From assembly GCA_034780895.1 (NCBI GenBank), contig JAUZTB010000070.1, forward strand, positions 21,913,634-21,977,633: a DNA stretch of 64,000 bases. The letters are read 5' to 3'. Numbering within the stretch: position 1 is the stretch's first letter; each line of letters begins with the position of its first letter. Origin of the DNA: Rhynchobatus australiae (lineage: Eukaryota). The notes under the pieces are model-generated. The model searched no databases. It saw nothing but the letters and a program-made list of their open reading frames with translations, and was not told the DNA's origin. The position numbers and the translations under genes were made by a program. This document shows, piece after piece, positions 52,431 through 64,000 of the stretch.

Positions 52431-52475
52431 TACTATGAAATGTCCTATGGATTGAACATTGAAATGCATAAACAG
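52431..52475 (+). CDS. TLE2: TLE coding exon 4 (YYEMSYGLNIEMHKQ)
   Basis: Long polypyrimidine tract ctcttcccttttctttccag|TAC, 45 nt, donor CAG|gtaagc. Encodes the highly conserved Groucho peptide YYEMSYGLNIEMHKQ. Confidence 0.97.
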
Positions 52476-55169
52476 GTAAGCCTTTTCCTCAGTGCTTTGA
52501 AGGTTGAACAGCTCCATTAATCAGTGTTACTGTTTCTTCCTTTTGTAGAATGACAGTAATTTTCCGTATCTCCATACTGCAGTCACGGACTGCAATGTGC
52601 CTCTGTACTCCACTATCATCCATCTCTGGAGCTGGTGGCAGGAATCCCACAAGAATAGCTTCAGATACAGCAAAAAATCTAGTATAAGGGAACAAGGCCA
52701 GGACGGACCAGAAAGGGGCCAGGATGTGGGTGTTCATAATCCCTGAGGTCACCTGGCACTGGCCCATTCACAAAGCTAAGCTAATCAACTGAGGCATTTT
52801 GTGAATGGAACTCCATAGATTAGGACCAGACACAGACACTTGAGAGCTGTTGCAGATCTAGTAGCGAGCAATTCTTTATCGGAAAGCTTTGCAGAAAAGA
52901 AATTCAGCCCTTCAGACTGGTGTTGTTTCTCAGGAAAAGCTGGCTATAGAGTGCTAATTTTTTTTTGCCCCATGCTCATTTCCCTTAATATCTCCTTTTT
53001 ATATACCCTAAATATTATTAATTAAACCATCTTTGGGTTTGAATTAAAAATGCCATTTTAAAATAAATGTACTGAAGAATATCCATAAGTAATTGATCCT
53101 TTGGAATGGAAAAGAAATGAAGTAACTGTGTTTGACGTGGCTGTGTAGGTAGTCCAGATCATGGTCACCAAAATAAATGAATTTAGTAGTGCAATAGGGC
53201 ATCTTGCTAAATTATCATGAAAACTCTCAAATGGTTTATTCCTGTGCCTCAGGAAATGGGTTGTAGTGTTTTTTTTTTCACAAACTCTTTTGACCTGTGG
53301 AGCTATTCTACAAGATTGGCCTTTCAGTGCCTTCTGAAATGATCCTGGAAATCGACTGTAGTGGAATAGAAAGTTAACCCATCTCCAGGGAATTAATCCA
53401 GATTCATCATGGTTGCCCATATGCAGAGAACCAAATGTTTCCCATTTTTGTTGGTTCAAATTGAGCCATCCAGTGTTATCAGTGATGATATTGTTGATAA
53501 GTTTGTACAAAATGAATGGAAATGTTGAATGGGCCCACATGCCTTTTGCCATGCCTCTTCATTGAACTTTTGCCCCTTATTTCTTCCTTTTGCTTATCTA
53601 GCTTCTGTTTAAATCCACTTCTTATTGTTGTACAGAGTTTCTTTCTTCTGGCTAAATAAATGAGTTTTCTGAACTCCTATGAGTTTACTGGTAACTATCT
53701 TGTATTTATGGTCCCTAATGTGTCCTGTGTCTCTGGTGCCAGAGACAGTCACAATGTTAAAGATTTCTGGTAGACCATCCCTCTTACAGNNNNNNNNNNC
53801 CCACATCTGTTCAATTTGTTTTTTGTCAATTTGCCATATTTTTAACCCCTTCATTACAAATGATGCACAGTGTGACCTCAAGCTTTTAGAGATGAAGTGA
53901 CTTCATAAATCTCCTGTTGTTTTGGCTGGAGGAAGGGTGTGGTGTGGGGCTGCTGGACGGGGGGAGAGAGAGCTTTGGTGGTACTTTGTGTTTGACAGAT
54001 AGGTCAAGCTCCATAAACAAAGCCTTCAATAAACACCAGAGTGAATCAAAACATGGAAAGCGATTTGCAATAAATTTTTCCAGTCCACTGTTTGGGAACA
54101 ATGCATCAAAAGCCCAGAGGAAAGCTGATCTACAATAAGATCAGTGCAAGGTTGGTACTTGTGCCTTGAGGCATTTGTCCTGATTAAATACAGTCTGCCT
54201 TCCTGTGGTCGGTCTAACTGGTAATTATCTGTCACGACATCCAAACTAAAAATTTGAGTTACTGCAGCATTGTTATTTACAGTGAATAATCTCTGAGCAT
54301 TAAGTGCTTTGGCCATACTTTAGCTTTTCTCTGCATTCTGATATTTAAATTTTGGATGCAACAACCCTTACAATCATTTTTGAGGTTTAAAAAAAATTTC
54401 AGGAAAGGGACAGGATTTTGGACACAGATCAAGGGCAGTGATGTCAAAGAGAAGGTTGCGCAGTGGTTAACTCATTATAGAATGCCTTAACCATTGAATG
54501 TGGCAGGCCTAGAACTCGGAGCAGGGAGGTCGGTATGTAGTCAGCTGGGTGATGTCAACTTTGGTCTGGACTGCCAAAAAACCACAAAGGAAAACTGCTT
54601 GTGTGATGTGTTTGTGCCATGATTAGCTTGTGGTCTGTGGGTAGGGTGCAATTAAAGCTGCTCCTGTTTTATTTATACTTTTTGGTCCATGTAGACTGCT
54701 GACTGCATAGTTTGCTGCAACAAAACCACAGGTGCAAGTAGGTAGTTTGGAAGTCAGCAACTGAACCACTTTAACCAGAAGAAACTGCTATGAAGTGGGG
54801 TATGGTTGCCAACTAGGGACAAAGTTAGCTTGACTCTGATGGTACTTTTGCTTCTCACTTGCAATTTAGGGTCTCAAGACTCTAAATTTTGGTGGGCCAA
54901 CCATAGGAGGTCTGCCTTTGTGAGAAGTGGCTTCCTTAAGCTGAGCTCCTTGATATTTGTCATGGTGGTTCTTGTGAGTTCGTCTTGAGACATAACTTGG
55001 AAGTCTCCATTTGAATCTGATTCTCTTTTTTTTTAGCCAACATGACTGAAATCTAGTTATTCAGTCCTTAATCTAGTGGGCATTTGTGAGACGTTATTGG
55101 TTGCCTATGTCACCATGCAGCTTGTGTTAGGCTTGACATTGAGTGTGAAAGTGCAGCATGTTAAAAGGG

Positions 55170-55690
55170 GTAGGATTTGAGAAAAGGCTACACAGACTAA
55201 GTTTGTTCCCTGGAGTAGGGAAAGGTAATCAAGCAAGTATTTAAAGTGATTAAGAGATATAATGGGAGAAACGGAGAAAAACCAGTTTGGCTGTTTGGGG
55301 AGATTCAAAGAAAATAACATTAAGATTCCAAAAGCAAACTGTGGTACATGTTGCAAATGCTTGTCAGGTCAGGCAGCGTCTGTGGAGTGGGGAAACAGGT
55401 AACAGGTCAATGTTTCAAGTTAATAACCTTTCAGTACAAGAGGTCATAAGATGTACTAAAGTTGGGTCCTTCAGGGAAGATATTAGAGAGTACTTCTCTT
55501 ATAGTGGAAATCTGGAAAACTTGTGCTCCATAAAGCTGCCAAGCATAGGTCAATAAACTAGTAAAACTGAGATAGATGGATTTATGTTAGGTTAGTGTAC
55601 TAAAGAATGTGAGACTACAGCAACTAAATGGAATTGAGATACAGATCAGCCATGATATAATTGAATGGTGAACCAAGCTTGAAGGCTCAG
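55170..55690 (+). mobile_element. CR1 3' fragment with a nested Penelope-like piece (~55345-55435)
   Basis: ttgttccctggagtagggaaaggtaatc...gatacagatcagccatgatataattgaatggtg; insert gtcaggtcaggcagcgtctgtggag...aatgtttcaagttaataacctttca. Confidence 0.65.
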
Positions 55691-57029
55691 GAAATGCAAC
55701 AGTGCTCAAATTGGTTTTTTTTAGAGCCATTTGGTCAACGCTAGCTGGATTATTTGAGGTTGGAGCTGGAATGTAACACCTTGTTTCCCATTTTTGGAAG
55801 AGGGCAAATTGTGGTGGTGAGTGCTAGTGTTACAAGTCTGTCTTGCAAGAAGCAAGTTAATGAGAAATACAGAAGAGTCTGGAAATGCCTAATATTTGTT
55901 CTGTAGTTTCTGAAGACTGTTTTAGAAATTGATCATCAGGGTTGTTTAAATTTGGGATTCCAGACTTCATTCAACTGTGTTCCATTCTGAATCCCAATGA
56001 AAGGGATTCGCTGCAGACTACTAATCACCATAGTTTATTCCATAAACCAAGAGGTCATGGGAATGGATTTAAGATAAGAATTGCTGTTTGGTATTTTCTT
56101 CCCCTTGGCTTGGGTCCAGCCCCACAGGCACCTTGCTGCTCTCTGAGACCTCATGCAAGACACTAAATCTTCACGAGCAAACTCTGAATTTTCAGCCATA
56201 AGGTACAACACGTGCCAATCTCATTGTGTCTTAAATCCTGCATGCATGTGCATCTTTTGGAGAAGGATAAGTACTGGGGACCTTGTTGATGTTCATTTCC
56301 ACAGAGAAGTCTTATCCTAGTGTGAATGGAGTGTACCAAATGTCCTCTGTTTATGATCTATTGTATGAAGTCATTCTGGAGAGCTTTTCTTCTAACAAAA
56401 AAAGGATTTGTTGTAAAGACCATTCTTTTGCAAAGTTGCAATTGCAAATTATCCACTACTGAAGGCGTTTAAAATTTTGCATGCAAAGTAGCCATTAAAA
56501 ATGCCCTCAAGAAGTGGAGCATGGGTTTTAACTGAGCATGGACTAACAAGGTCGAGATCCCCAAAGGGGTCATTGCAGCTCAGGGCAGGACATAAATTTC
56601 AACAAGACATGACATGACTCTGACATGTGCTGTATCCTCCTGTTGTCTTTGCAAATGCACAGGAGCTGATTATAAGCTTGACACAATCCCTGTGGGCCAG
56701 GATTTACTTTGCAGACTTGGCGCAGTGAAATCATAAAAGGTGAATTGAGTTTTCAATTTCACTAAACCTGGTGCCCAGGGCAATCCTTGTCTCTCTGCTT
56801 ACACCAGGTGGGAAACTGATTTCCATGACTATATCATGTCAGAATGCAAGTCATAGTAAAGAATATGGAATTCAGTGGCATGTGGTGTGATTGAGGCAAA
56901 TAGCATGGATGTAATAAGTGGCAAGCTAGTTAATATACATGAGGGAGAAAAGAATGGAAGGTTATGCTGATAACTGAAATGGAAGCAACTTGAGAAGCAG
57001 ACTTGTGTGGAGAGTAAATGCCAGAATTG

Positions 57030-57510
57030 AAGTAGCGCAGCGGTTAGCGTGGCGCTATTACAGCACCAGCGGCCCAGGTTCAATTCCCGCTGCTGTCTGT
57101 ATGGAGTTTGTATGTTCTCCCCATATCTNNNNNNNNNNNNNNNNNNNNNNNNNNNNNNNNNNNNNNNNNNNNNNNNNNNNNNNNNNNNNNNNNNNNNNNN
57201 NNNNNNNNNNNNNNNNNNNNNNNNNNNNGCGTGGCGCTATTACAGCACCAGCGGCCCAGGTTCAAGTCCCGCTGCTGTCTGTATGGAGTTTGTATGTTCT
57301 CCCCATATCTGTGTGGGCATCCTCTGGGTGCTCCGATTTCCTCCCACATTCCAAAGGCGTACAGGTTAGGAGCTGTGGGTACGCTATGCTGGTGCCGGAA
57401 GAGTGGCGACACTTGCAGGCTGCCCCCAGCACATTCTCAGTAATGCAAAAAGATGCATTTCACTGTGTTTCAATGTATATGTGACTAATAAATAAATATC
57501 TTGTATCTTA
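57030..57510 (+). mobile_element. Young V-SINE, head duplicated across a 100-N gap
   Basis: gcgtggcgctattacagcaccagcggcccaggttcaa on both sides of the gap; full body and tail after it. Confidence 0.88.
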
Positions 57511-57989
57511 AATTCTGTCAGTATGTCGCAATGGGTTAAATACTGATGATAATATATTTTCAATGTAGAACTTTAGGAATTTTCTAATGCAATGTTTACG
57601 ATGCAGTGAATGACACATACATACACTTGGAAGCCAAGGTCTGGTTGATATCAAATAGAACATTATAACCAATACCCCTGCATTATAGGATGCTGAGAAG
57701 ATGTGTTCCACAGCATATTTTTCACCATGTTGTAACTTAAAACAAATGCACTCTTTTATTTGGTGATCTTCCAAGATTTCAAACTCTTAACACCAAAGAT
57801 GTTCTATATCAAAACCTAAGCAAGATAAATATATTTTTCCTAAAATAAAGTGGTTGGTGTTTGCGATGATCATGCAGCTGTTGCTTACAGATTAAGTGCA
57901 CAGAGTTTGATTTGGCAAGCTGGAAACAGGAACCATATCCATAGAACAGAATTTGAAGGATGATAAGTCTTATTGCATAGGGCATAAGG

Positions 57990-58134
57990 GCGGCACGGTA
58001 GTGTAGTGGTTAGCATGACGTTATTACAGTGCCAGCGATTGGGGTTCGATTCCTGTCACTGTCTGTAAGGAGTTTGTATGTTCTCCCTGTGTCTGCATGG
58101 GTTTCCTCTGGGTGCTCCGGTTTCCTCCCACATT
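57990..58134 (+). mobile_element. Young V-SINE 5' half (ends at gap)
   Basis: ggcggcacggtagtgtagtggttagc...ggggttcgattcc plus V domain. Confidence 0.88.
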
Positions 58135-58604
58135 NNNNNNNNNNNNNNNNNNNNNNNNNNNNNNNNNNNNNNNNNNNNNNNNNNNNNNNNNNNNNNNNNN
58201 NNNNNNNNNNNNNNNNNNNNNNNNNNNNNNNNNNATCCTCCCCCCCCCCCCCACAGCTGTCACCCAATCAGTCAAGCTACGTATAAATGTGGGAATATGT
58301 GTCAAAATAACTGTCTCTTTGATGGACGGGGTTTATTGAATTTAATTTAATTGACATCCAAACAGCAATGTTCAAGCTGCCTTCCATTTCACATCACTTG
58401 GAACTTGCTCCCTGTCATGAGATGTTCTTCCACTAAGAAGGCAGGGCTAGCAACTGCCTCTGTCCGTCAACCTGTCAGTCTCCCCTGTGCTTTTCCTGCC
58501 CCCCTTTTGAATTGGATGCTTGCCCTCTGTTTACGATTATTGCTGTCCTTTTCTCATCAGCTTATTTGGGGTCAATCCAGACTGAGATCTGTGCTCTCAG
58601 TATT

Positions 58605-58860
58605 AGAGTCATAGGGGCATACAGCATAGAAAAGGCCCTTCGGCCCAACTCGTCCATGCTGACCAAGATGCCCATCTAAGCTCATCCCATTTGCCTGCAT
58701 TTGACCTATATCCCTCTAAACCATTCCTATCCATGAACCAGTCCGTGTGCCTTTTCTCTCATATTTCATATTTGTTTATGACATAGCAGGAGGCCATTCA
58801 TTCCATCGAGTCTGTGCCAGCTTCCATAACAATCCCATCAGTCCCATCCCCCCATTTAAA
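58605..58860 (-). mobile_element. Two short CR1-type 3' ends
   Basis: agagtcata...aggcccttcggcccaactcgtccatgctgacc and aggaggccattcattccatcgagtctgtgccagct. Confidence 0.7.
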
Positions 58861-58939
58861 TACCCTTCTCCTATTAGAGAACCATAGACAAATAGTCTGA
58901 GTCTTTTCCTCAGGGCAGAAATGCCAAATACAGCAGGGC

Positions 58940-59190
58940 AGGCTCTGTAGTGTAGTGGTTAGTGTAACGCTATTACAGCGCCAGTGACGCGGGTTCAATT
59001 CCCGCCGTTGTCTGTAAGGAGTTTGTATGTTCTCCCTGTGTCTGCATGGGTTTCCTCTGGGTGCTCCGGTTTCCTCCCACATTCCAAAGAAGTACAGGTA
59101 GGTTAACATGGGTTTTAAAAATGGGCGGTAGGGACTCGTTGGGCTGAAAGGGCCTGTTACCACACTGTAAATAAAATTTAAAATTAAAGA
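58940..59190 (+). mobile_element. V-SINE subfamily with young head but CR1-type tail
   Basis: Same head and V domain as 10152, but the 3' part is gactcgttgggctgaaagggcctgttaccacactgtaaataaa(attta)n. Confidence 0.85.
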
Positions 59191-61654
59191 ATATATAGCT
59201 TAGTTCTGGACAGTAGTGATTTTCAGCTTGGAGATGTGGAAACTCTCCTTTTTCTGTTTCATTAGAATTGGGGGAAGTGGTGCAAGGCACCATTGAGGTT
59301 AAGAGGAGCAAAAGAGACGAAGGGAAATGAATGACTAGAGATTAGGTGTTGCTGCTTTTGGAGTTTAATTGATACATGTTTATATCTTGCTGTCAAATTG
59401 TTTTAAAGCACTTTACAAAGTGAATTTGAAGCACAGTGTCTGCTGTAAGGGCAAAAGCTTGGAAATGGTAAGGAACTTGATGAGAATCAGACTCCAGGGA
59501 TGGTTAAAAGGTTTGACTTCTTCACTGAGATTTGAACATCCATCAGAATTAACAATGGACACGTAAAGCAAATCTAGTCAGCAATTGTAAGCTCTCCTTG
59601 ATGAGAGAGTTTAATATTGCTGATTTTCAAATGCCTCCTCCCACTGTTAATTAAAGGACATAATCACCAGATATTTTGTGTTATCGACAGGCTTCTCTTG
59701 TGCCGTTATTGACACCAGTGCACAGAATGGTCTGTCCTCGTCATTTTTTAGCCAGAAATTTTGCCTCTGGTGCAAGACGTTGGCAGAGGAAAATGAGGAA
59801 GTCTGTCTAATTCTGATCACCATTGCGTATCACCATTTTTTTTTTGTTTGTCCAATGTTGGCAGACCTGGCATCAGTTACCTGGGACTGAATTCTGCAAT
59901 TTCCTCAAAGCTCTGTACCTCTCTGCAGTTGTTCCTTTGAAACTAAATTGATCCACAGGCCGCTGTGCTTTCTTGTGTGAATTGGGCAAATTCCATTCCT
60001 GTGAGAGGAACCTTTAAAGATACCAAGTATTATTTTTTTGGTCTTGCTGGTAGAAGTGATGGTGTACATCTTGGGTCAATTTAAATTCTCCTCCCTCTGA
60101 ACGTTGGGGCTGTGATTTCTATATGGTGTTACTTTAATATTGGCAGTAACCCAAGTGTTAATATAATCTCAACTTTGATTTGGGGAGTGTCAAAGTTTTG
60201 TCTTCTGTGCCAGCTTGGGTGCATACCATGGAGTTTTGTATACAGTTTGAATATTGATCAATTGTTTTCTGTAGAAATATAAATATCCTAAACTGTAGAT
60301 ACCAATGGTTTAGTGTTGTGATTTGTGATTGATTTGCCAATGAAAAAATTGGCCTTTCCAAACCTTCCACTTGCTAAGTTGTACTGTGTAAATGCATTTT
60401 GCAGGAAATACTAGTGGTTTGATTACCAGGGGTTTAAGTATATTGCTGGATTTAGAGCTAATGATAGTGCTCAATGTCTTGTTGGAAGCTTCTGCATTAA
60501 TTATATAAATGTTCTAACAATTTTGGTTACCACTGAGAACTATACCAGTAATAACCTTAAATAGGATGATGTATTAATCAGCAAAAGTATGGAAGAGCAA
60601 TTAATCCCACTCTGTGCAATGCAAACAATCAACATGGGTTAAACTGATAGAACAGTCAGTGCAAGGAATAGTGGTCTAGTGCATTCTGCACTGTACTGCC
60701 AATCAATTCCTTATTCAATGAGACTAACTAATGAAACTTTCCAAAACTATAATCAAAGGTATTTTATTCCAATATTTTATGTTGCTTTGCTCAAGGGCTA
60801 GAAATTTGAGTGGTGGAGCAAAATGGGTGTTTCAGAATAGTTAAGTGATCAAAATTTATCCTGCTGACTTTTGTCACATAACTGGTAGTGACACAATATA
60901 GCCAGCTGTGCTATTATCCAACGTGTGTTTTTAAACCTGGATTTGTCACCTTGAAAGAAATCCACCCCACCAAGGTTACTTCCTGCTCATTGTCTATGCC
61001 TTCATCTTTTGCCTATCTCCTGAATTAAACATCAATACCTTGCAAGTCTTAGAAGGTCTTATGAGACTAGGTTATGAATCGGCTGAGAAAAGGTGGCTTT
61101 TGAAAGAATTGATGCACTTGTAATCAATCGATGCAGTTGAAAATGATTCAATTTCAGGAACTCTGCTTATTGGATTCCTCGTCTGGATTTAAATCTTTCC
61201 TGACCAGAAGTACAGATTACGAAGAGACAAGTCTAGAAATTCATCGGCATAAGTTTTTTTTTACATTAACTCGTCATTGCCTGTAACCCCAACACTGCTA
61301 TAAAACACTCTACAAATTTCATGATGTTTGACAGCATTTTTGTCTAAAGAATAACAGCATTCAATCCCCATGGTGAGAAGCAGGTATTTTAGAAACAGCA
61401 GGTATTACTGAAAAGCTCTAGTCAAACTCTTTGCAGCTGCCAGAACTCGAGATGCACAGCTAAGATTTCATCAGCTAGCCCTTGAAAGCACTTGCACATT
61501 ACCAATGCTCTTGCATTTACTAGAGAATGCTATGCACTTGCAAATGCTGATGCTTGAGCCCAGGGAGCATGTCCAAAGTTGACTGAGAGGGATCTTGAGA
61601 GCTTGGTGGAAAACCTTGCCCACAGGAAGGATGTACTCTGTTCAACAGGGTTAA

Positions 61655-61890
61655 CGAGATAGGAGCAGGAATAGGCCACTTGGCCCTCTACCCTGCCAAG
61701 TCATTCAATATGATCAAGGCTGATCTGCCCCAGTTCTCATCTGTCCTCTTCTGTGCCAGTTCCCCGATTATCTGATCTTCCAAAAAATGTATGTACTTCC
61801 TCTTTAAATACACCCAATGATCCAGCGTCCACAACCCTCAGAGATTGGAAATTCCAGGGGGTAGGAAACTCGCCATCCTCTGCAAGAAGG
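61655..61890 (-). mobile_element. CR1 3' end
   Basis: gagataggagcaggaataggccacttggccc...cattcaatatgatcaaggctgatctg. Confidence 0.8.
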
Positions 61891-62344
61891 TGGTGCTCCT
61901 GCAGTGAATTGCCAAGGTGCTCTCTGTAACTTCACGGCTGAGTCTATGAATGCTTGCATTCAGGGAAGCCTGCAACGACAGCATATCCCATGGCTGGATC
62001 ACTTGCTCCTGTGGGTTGAAAGAGAAGGAAATGAAGTCTGATATTGTGAAGGAGGGAGAGTTAGGGACCTTCCAAACACAGTGGTCGTCAGGAAGGTATA
62101 ATATGTGACATTGTCAGCTGATGAAGGCTTGGAATGCTCCCGAGGTCAGGAAATTGAAAGGGAGGATGACGTTGGCTTCCACTGCAGAAGTCCTTGGGGT
62201 TTTGAGGTCACCAATGTGAAGGAGGGTCACCTTGTGGAAGTGTAACATTTGTATCTCTGAATGGTATAGGTCCCACGGGGCCTGGGAGGTCCTAGTTGCA
62301 GGCCTGTGTCATCCAGATAGAGGAGTGCTAAGTATGAGCAAATA

Positions 62345-62800
62345 GTCATTGGAATTGGTTTGTTTTTGTGACTTGTACTGAGGCACAGTGGAAAAACTTG
62401 TCTTTTCATACAGATCAATTCACTACACAGTGCATTGAGGTAGTACAAGGTAAAACAATACAGAATATAGAGTAAAATCTCACAGCTAGAGAGAGTGCAG
62501 TGCAGGTAGACAATAAGGTACAATTCATAACGAGGTATACTGTGAGGTCAAGAGTCCATTTTATTGTACCAGGGAACTGTTCAATAGTCTTAACACTGGG
62601 ATAGAAGCTGTCCTTGAGCCTGGTGGTATGTGCTTTCAGGCTTTTGTATCTTTTGCTTGATGGGAGAAGGGAGAATGTCCCAGGTGGGTGGGGTCTTTGA
62701 TTATGTTGACTGCTTCACCAAAGCAGCGAGAAATGTAGAGAGAGTCCATGGAGGGGAGGCTAATTTCCACGATGTGCTGGGCTGTGTCCACAACTCTAGG
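62345..62800 (-). mobile_element. Rex/Babar-like LINE 3' fragment
   Basis: attggaattggtttg tail; atagaagctgtccttgagcctggtggtatgtgctttcaggcttttgtatcttttgcttgatgg (reverse PSSKRYKSLKAHTTRLKDSFYP). Confidence 0.75.
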
Positions 62801-63611
62801 TAAATTTAGATGCAAGCAGGCTGCAAGTGTGTTGAGTGTGCAGCCATTCGACTGTGAATTCTGGTTTCATGTGATTGGACCTTTGGCCTTATTAAAGGTT
62901 GCTGCTTCTGCAAGTCAACAGTGACTGTCATTTTTCAGATGAATATGATTGAAAATCTCGCTGATGGATAATTTTGGGCGTTCTACTATAGTTGGCATAA
63001 TTTGGGAATCAGTGCTAGTGGACAAGAAGCCTCGCCCAAAAATGAGTATACAGAAGTAGAGACTAGCAATAAGACGCCCAGAAATGTGCGAAGAATTGTT
63101 TTACTCAATGCTGTTTTCAACTTTGCAATGCTTTTTTTTGGCATTGCACAGACTAATTTCTAGGCCATTATGCGTTACCACAAGCTGTTCCTCCTTGGGC
63201 ACACTGGCACCAGAGCTGCTGGAGCTGGGGTGGTGTGGTTCAGTTGGCACAATTCACAGGGAGGTGCCCACACTTTTGTACCATTTTGAAGTTTGCTTTT
63301 TCCCATGCACTACACAGGGGAAAAAAACCAATGGGACATCTGGTGTGAGTGTGAGGTTTAAAAGCTTTTAACTATTTGCTTCTGATTCTCATGGCGAAAA
63401 GGACAGATTATAATGTTTTGTTTTGATGGTGTTTTGTATACTGCCTTCTGGCACCCCAGGAATAACTACTGGCTTAAGAAAAGATTTCCATATATGTAAC
63501 CTCAGGATGCCCCAAAGCATCTTGAAACTAATGAAGTATTATTGAGTCGGGAAAACTGAGGAGGCATGTTTGATATTGTACTGTGCTGTGCAGCTAGCTT
63601 CCAGGGTTTAT

Positions 63612-63920
63612 TGAAATAAAAACAGAAAATGTTGGAAACACTCAATGGCTCTATGGAGAGAGAAATGGAGTTGGAGACCCTTCCCCAGTGAGATTTCCAA
63701 ATGTCTCTTTTACCTTTTTTCACCTCTCGTGATGCCAAACAGATGCATCAAACAAAAATTGTCTTCATTCATTTGTGGTGATCTTTGCAATTCTAGATAA
63801 ACATCTTTTGAGTTGAAACGTTAACTCCTTTGCTCTTTCTACAGATGCTGCCGGACCTGCTGAGTGTTTGTTCTGTTTTTTTCTGTTTGTGTTCCAAATT
63901 TCTGGCATCTGCAGTTTTTT
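63612..63920. mobile_element. Penelope-like inverted repeat pair
   Basis: aaacagaaaatgttggaaacactca...gagagaaatggagtt versus gaaacgttaactcc...acagatgctgccggacctgctgagtgttt...gcatctgcag. Confidence 0.65.
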
Positions 63921-64000
63921 AAAAATTCCATCCCAGGGTATATTACCTCCCTAGTTGATAGACTTCTGGTTGGAATTGCAGATTAGGTGATACATGTGGT

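Noticed and set aside
57049-57310. Apparent tandem duplication of a SINE head (also 24860-25080 and tacagagcaggg at 25648/25760)
   Set aside because: The duplicates directly flank 100-N gaps, which is typical of unmerged overlapping contig ends or haplotypes rather than real duplications.
52476-64000. TLE exon 5 (expected ~AEIVKRL..ICAQ..PFL.QE)
   Set aside because: Not found by eye. It is probably beyond the window end, though it could be hidden in a gap.
1-64000. CRISPR arrays, operons or prokaryotic/viral systems
   Set aside because: No regularly spaced direct repeats and no long intact ORFs; the sequence is spliced vertebrate DNA.

Overview
Vertebrate genomic DNA, very probably from a cartilaginous fish and likely a ray. 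This is inferred from the repeat landscape: V-SINE/HE1-like, DeuSINE-like, CR1/L2/Rex/RTE LINE and Penelope-like fragments. It is a draft scaffold with many 10-N/100-N gaps. The one gene I can support is the 5' part of a Groucho/TLE co-repressor on the + strand. It has a CpG-rich promoter at ~18.4-18.9 kb, a long uATG-rich leader, and four small coding exons (19435-19458, 22371-22468, 36995-37058, 52431-52475). These splice in frame with GT-AG junctions to give 77 aa of the N-terminal Q domain ([77 protein letters not shown]), most similar to TLE2. I found no exon 5, so it probably lies beyond the window. None of the supplied ORFs corresponds to this gene; they appear to be chance or repeat-derived. 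The rest is intergenic/intronic DNA with decayed transposons and candidate enhancers. I see no firm evidence for a wholly new biological system. The best leads are Penelope-like inverted repeats carrying decayed minimal hammerhead-ribozyme motifs, V-SINE subfamilies with apparently swapped LINE partners, a TGT...ACA foldback element, and the TLE promoter/uORF architecture. Repeat boundaries are by eye and approximate (tens of bp), and repeat family names come from recalled consensus features, not a database search.
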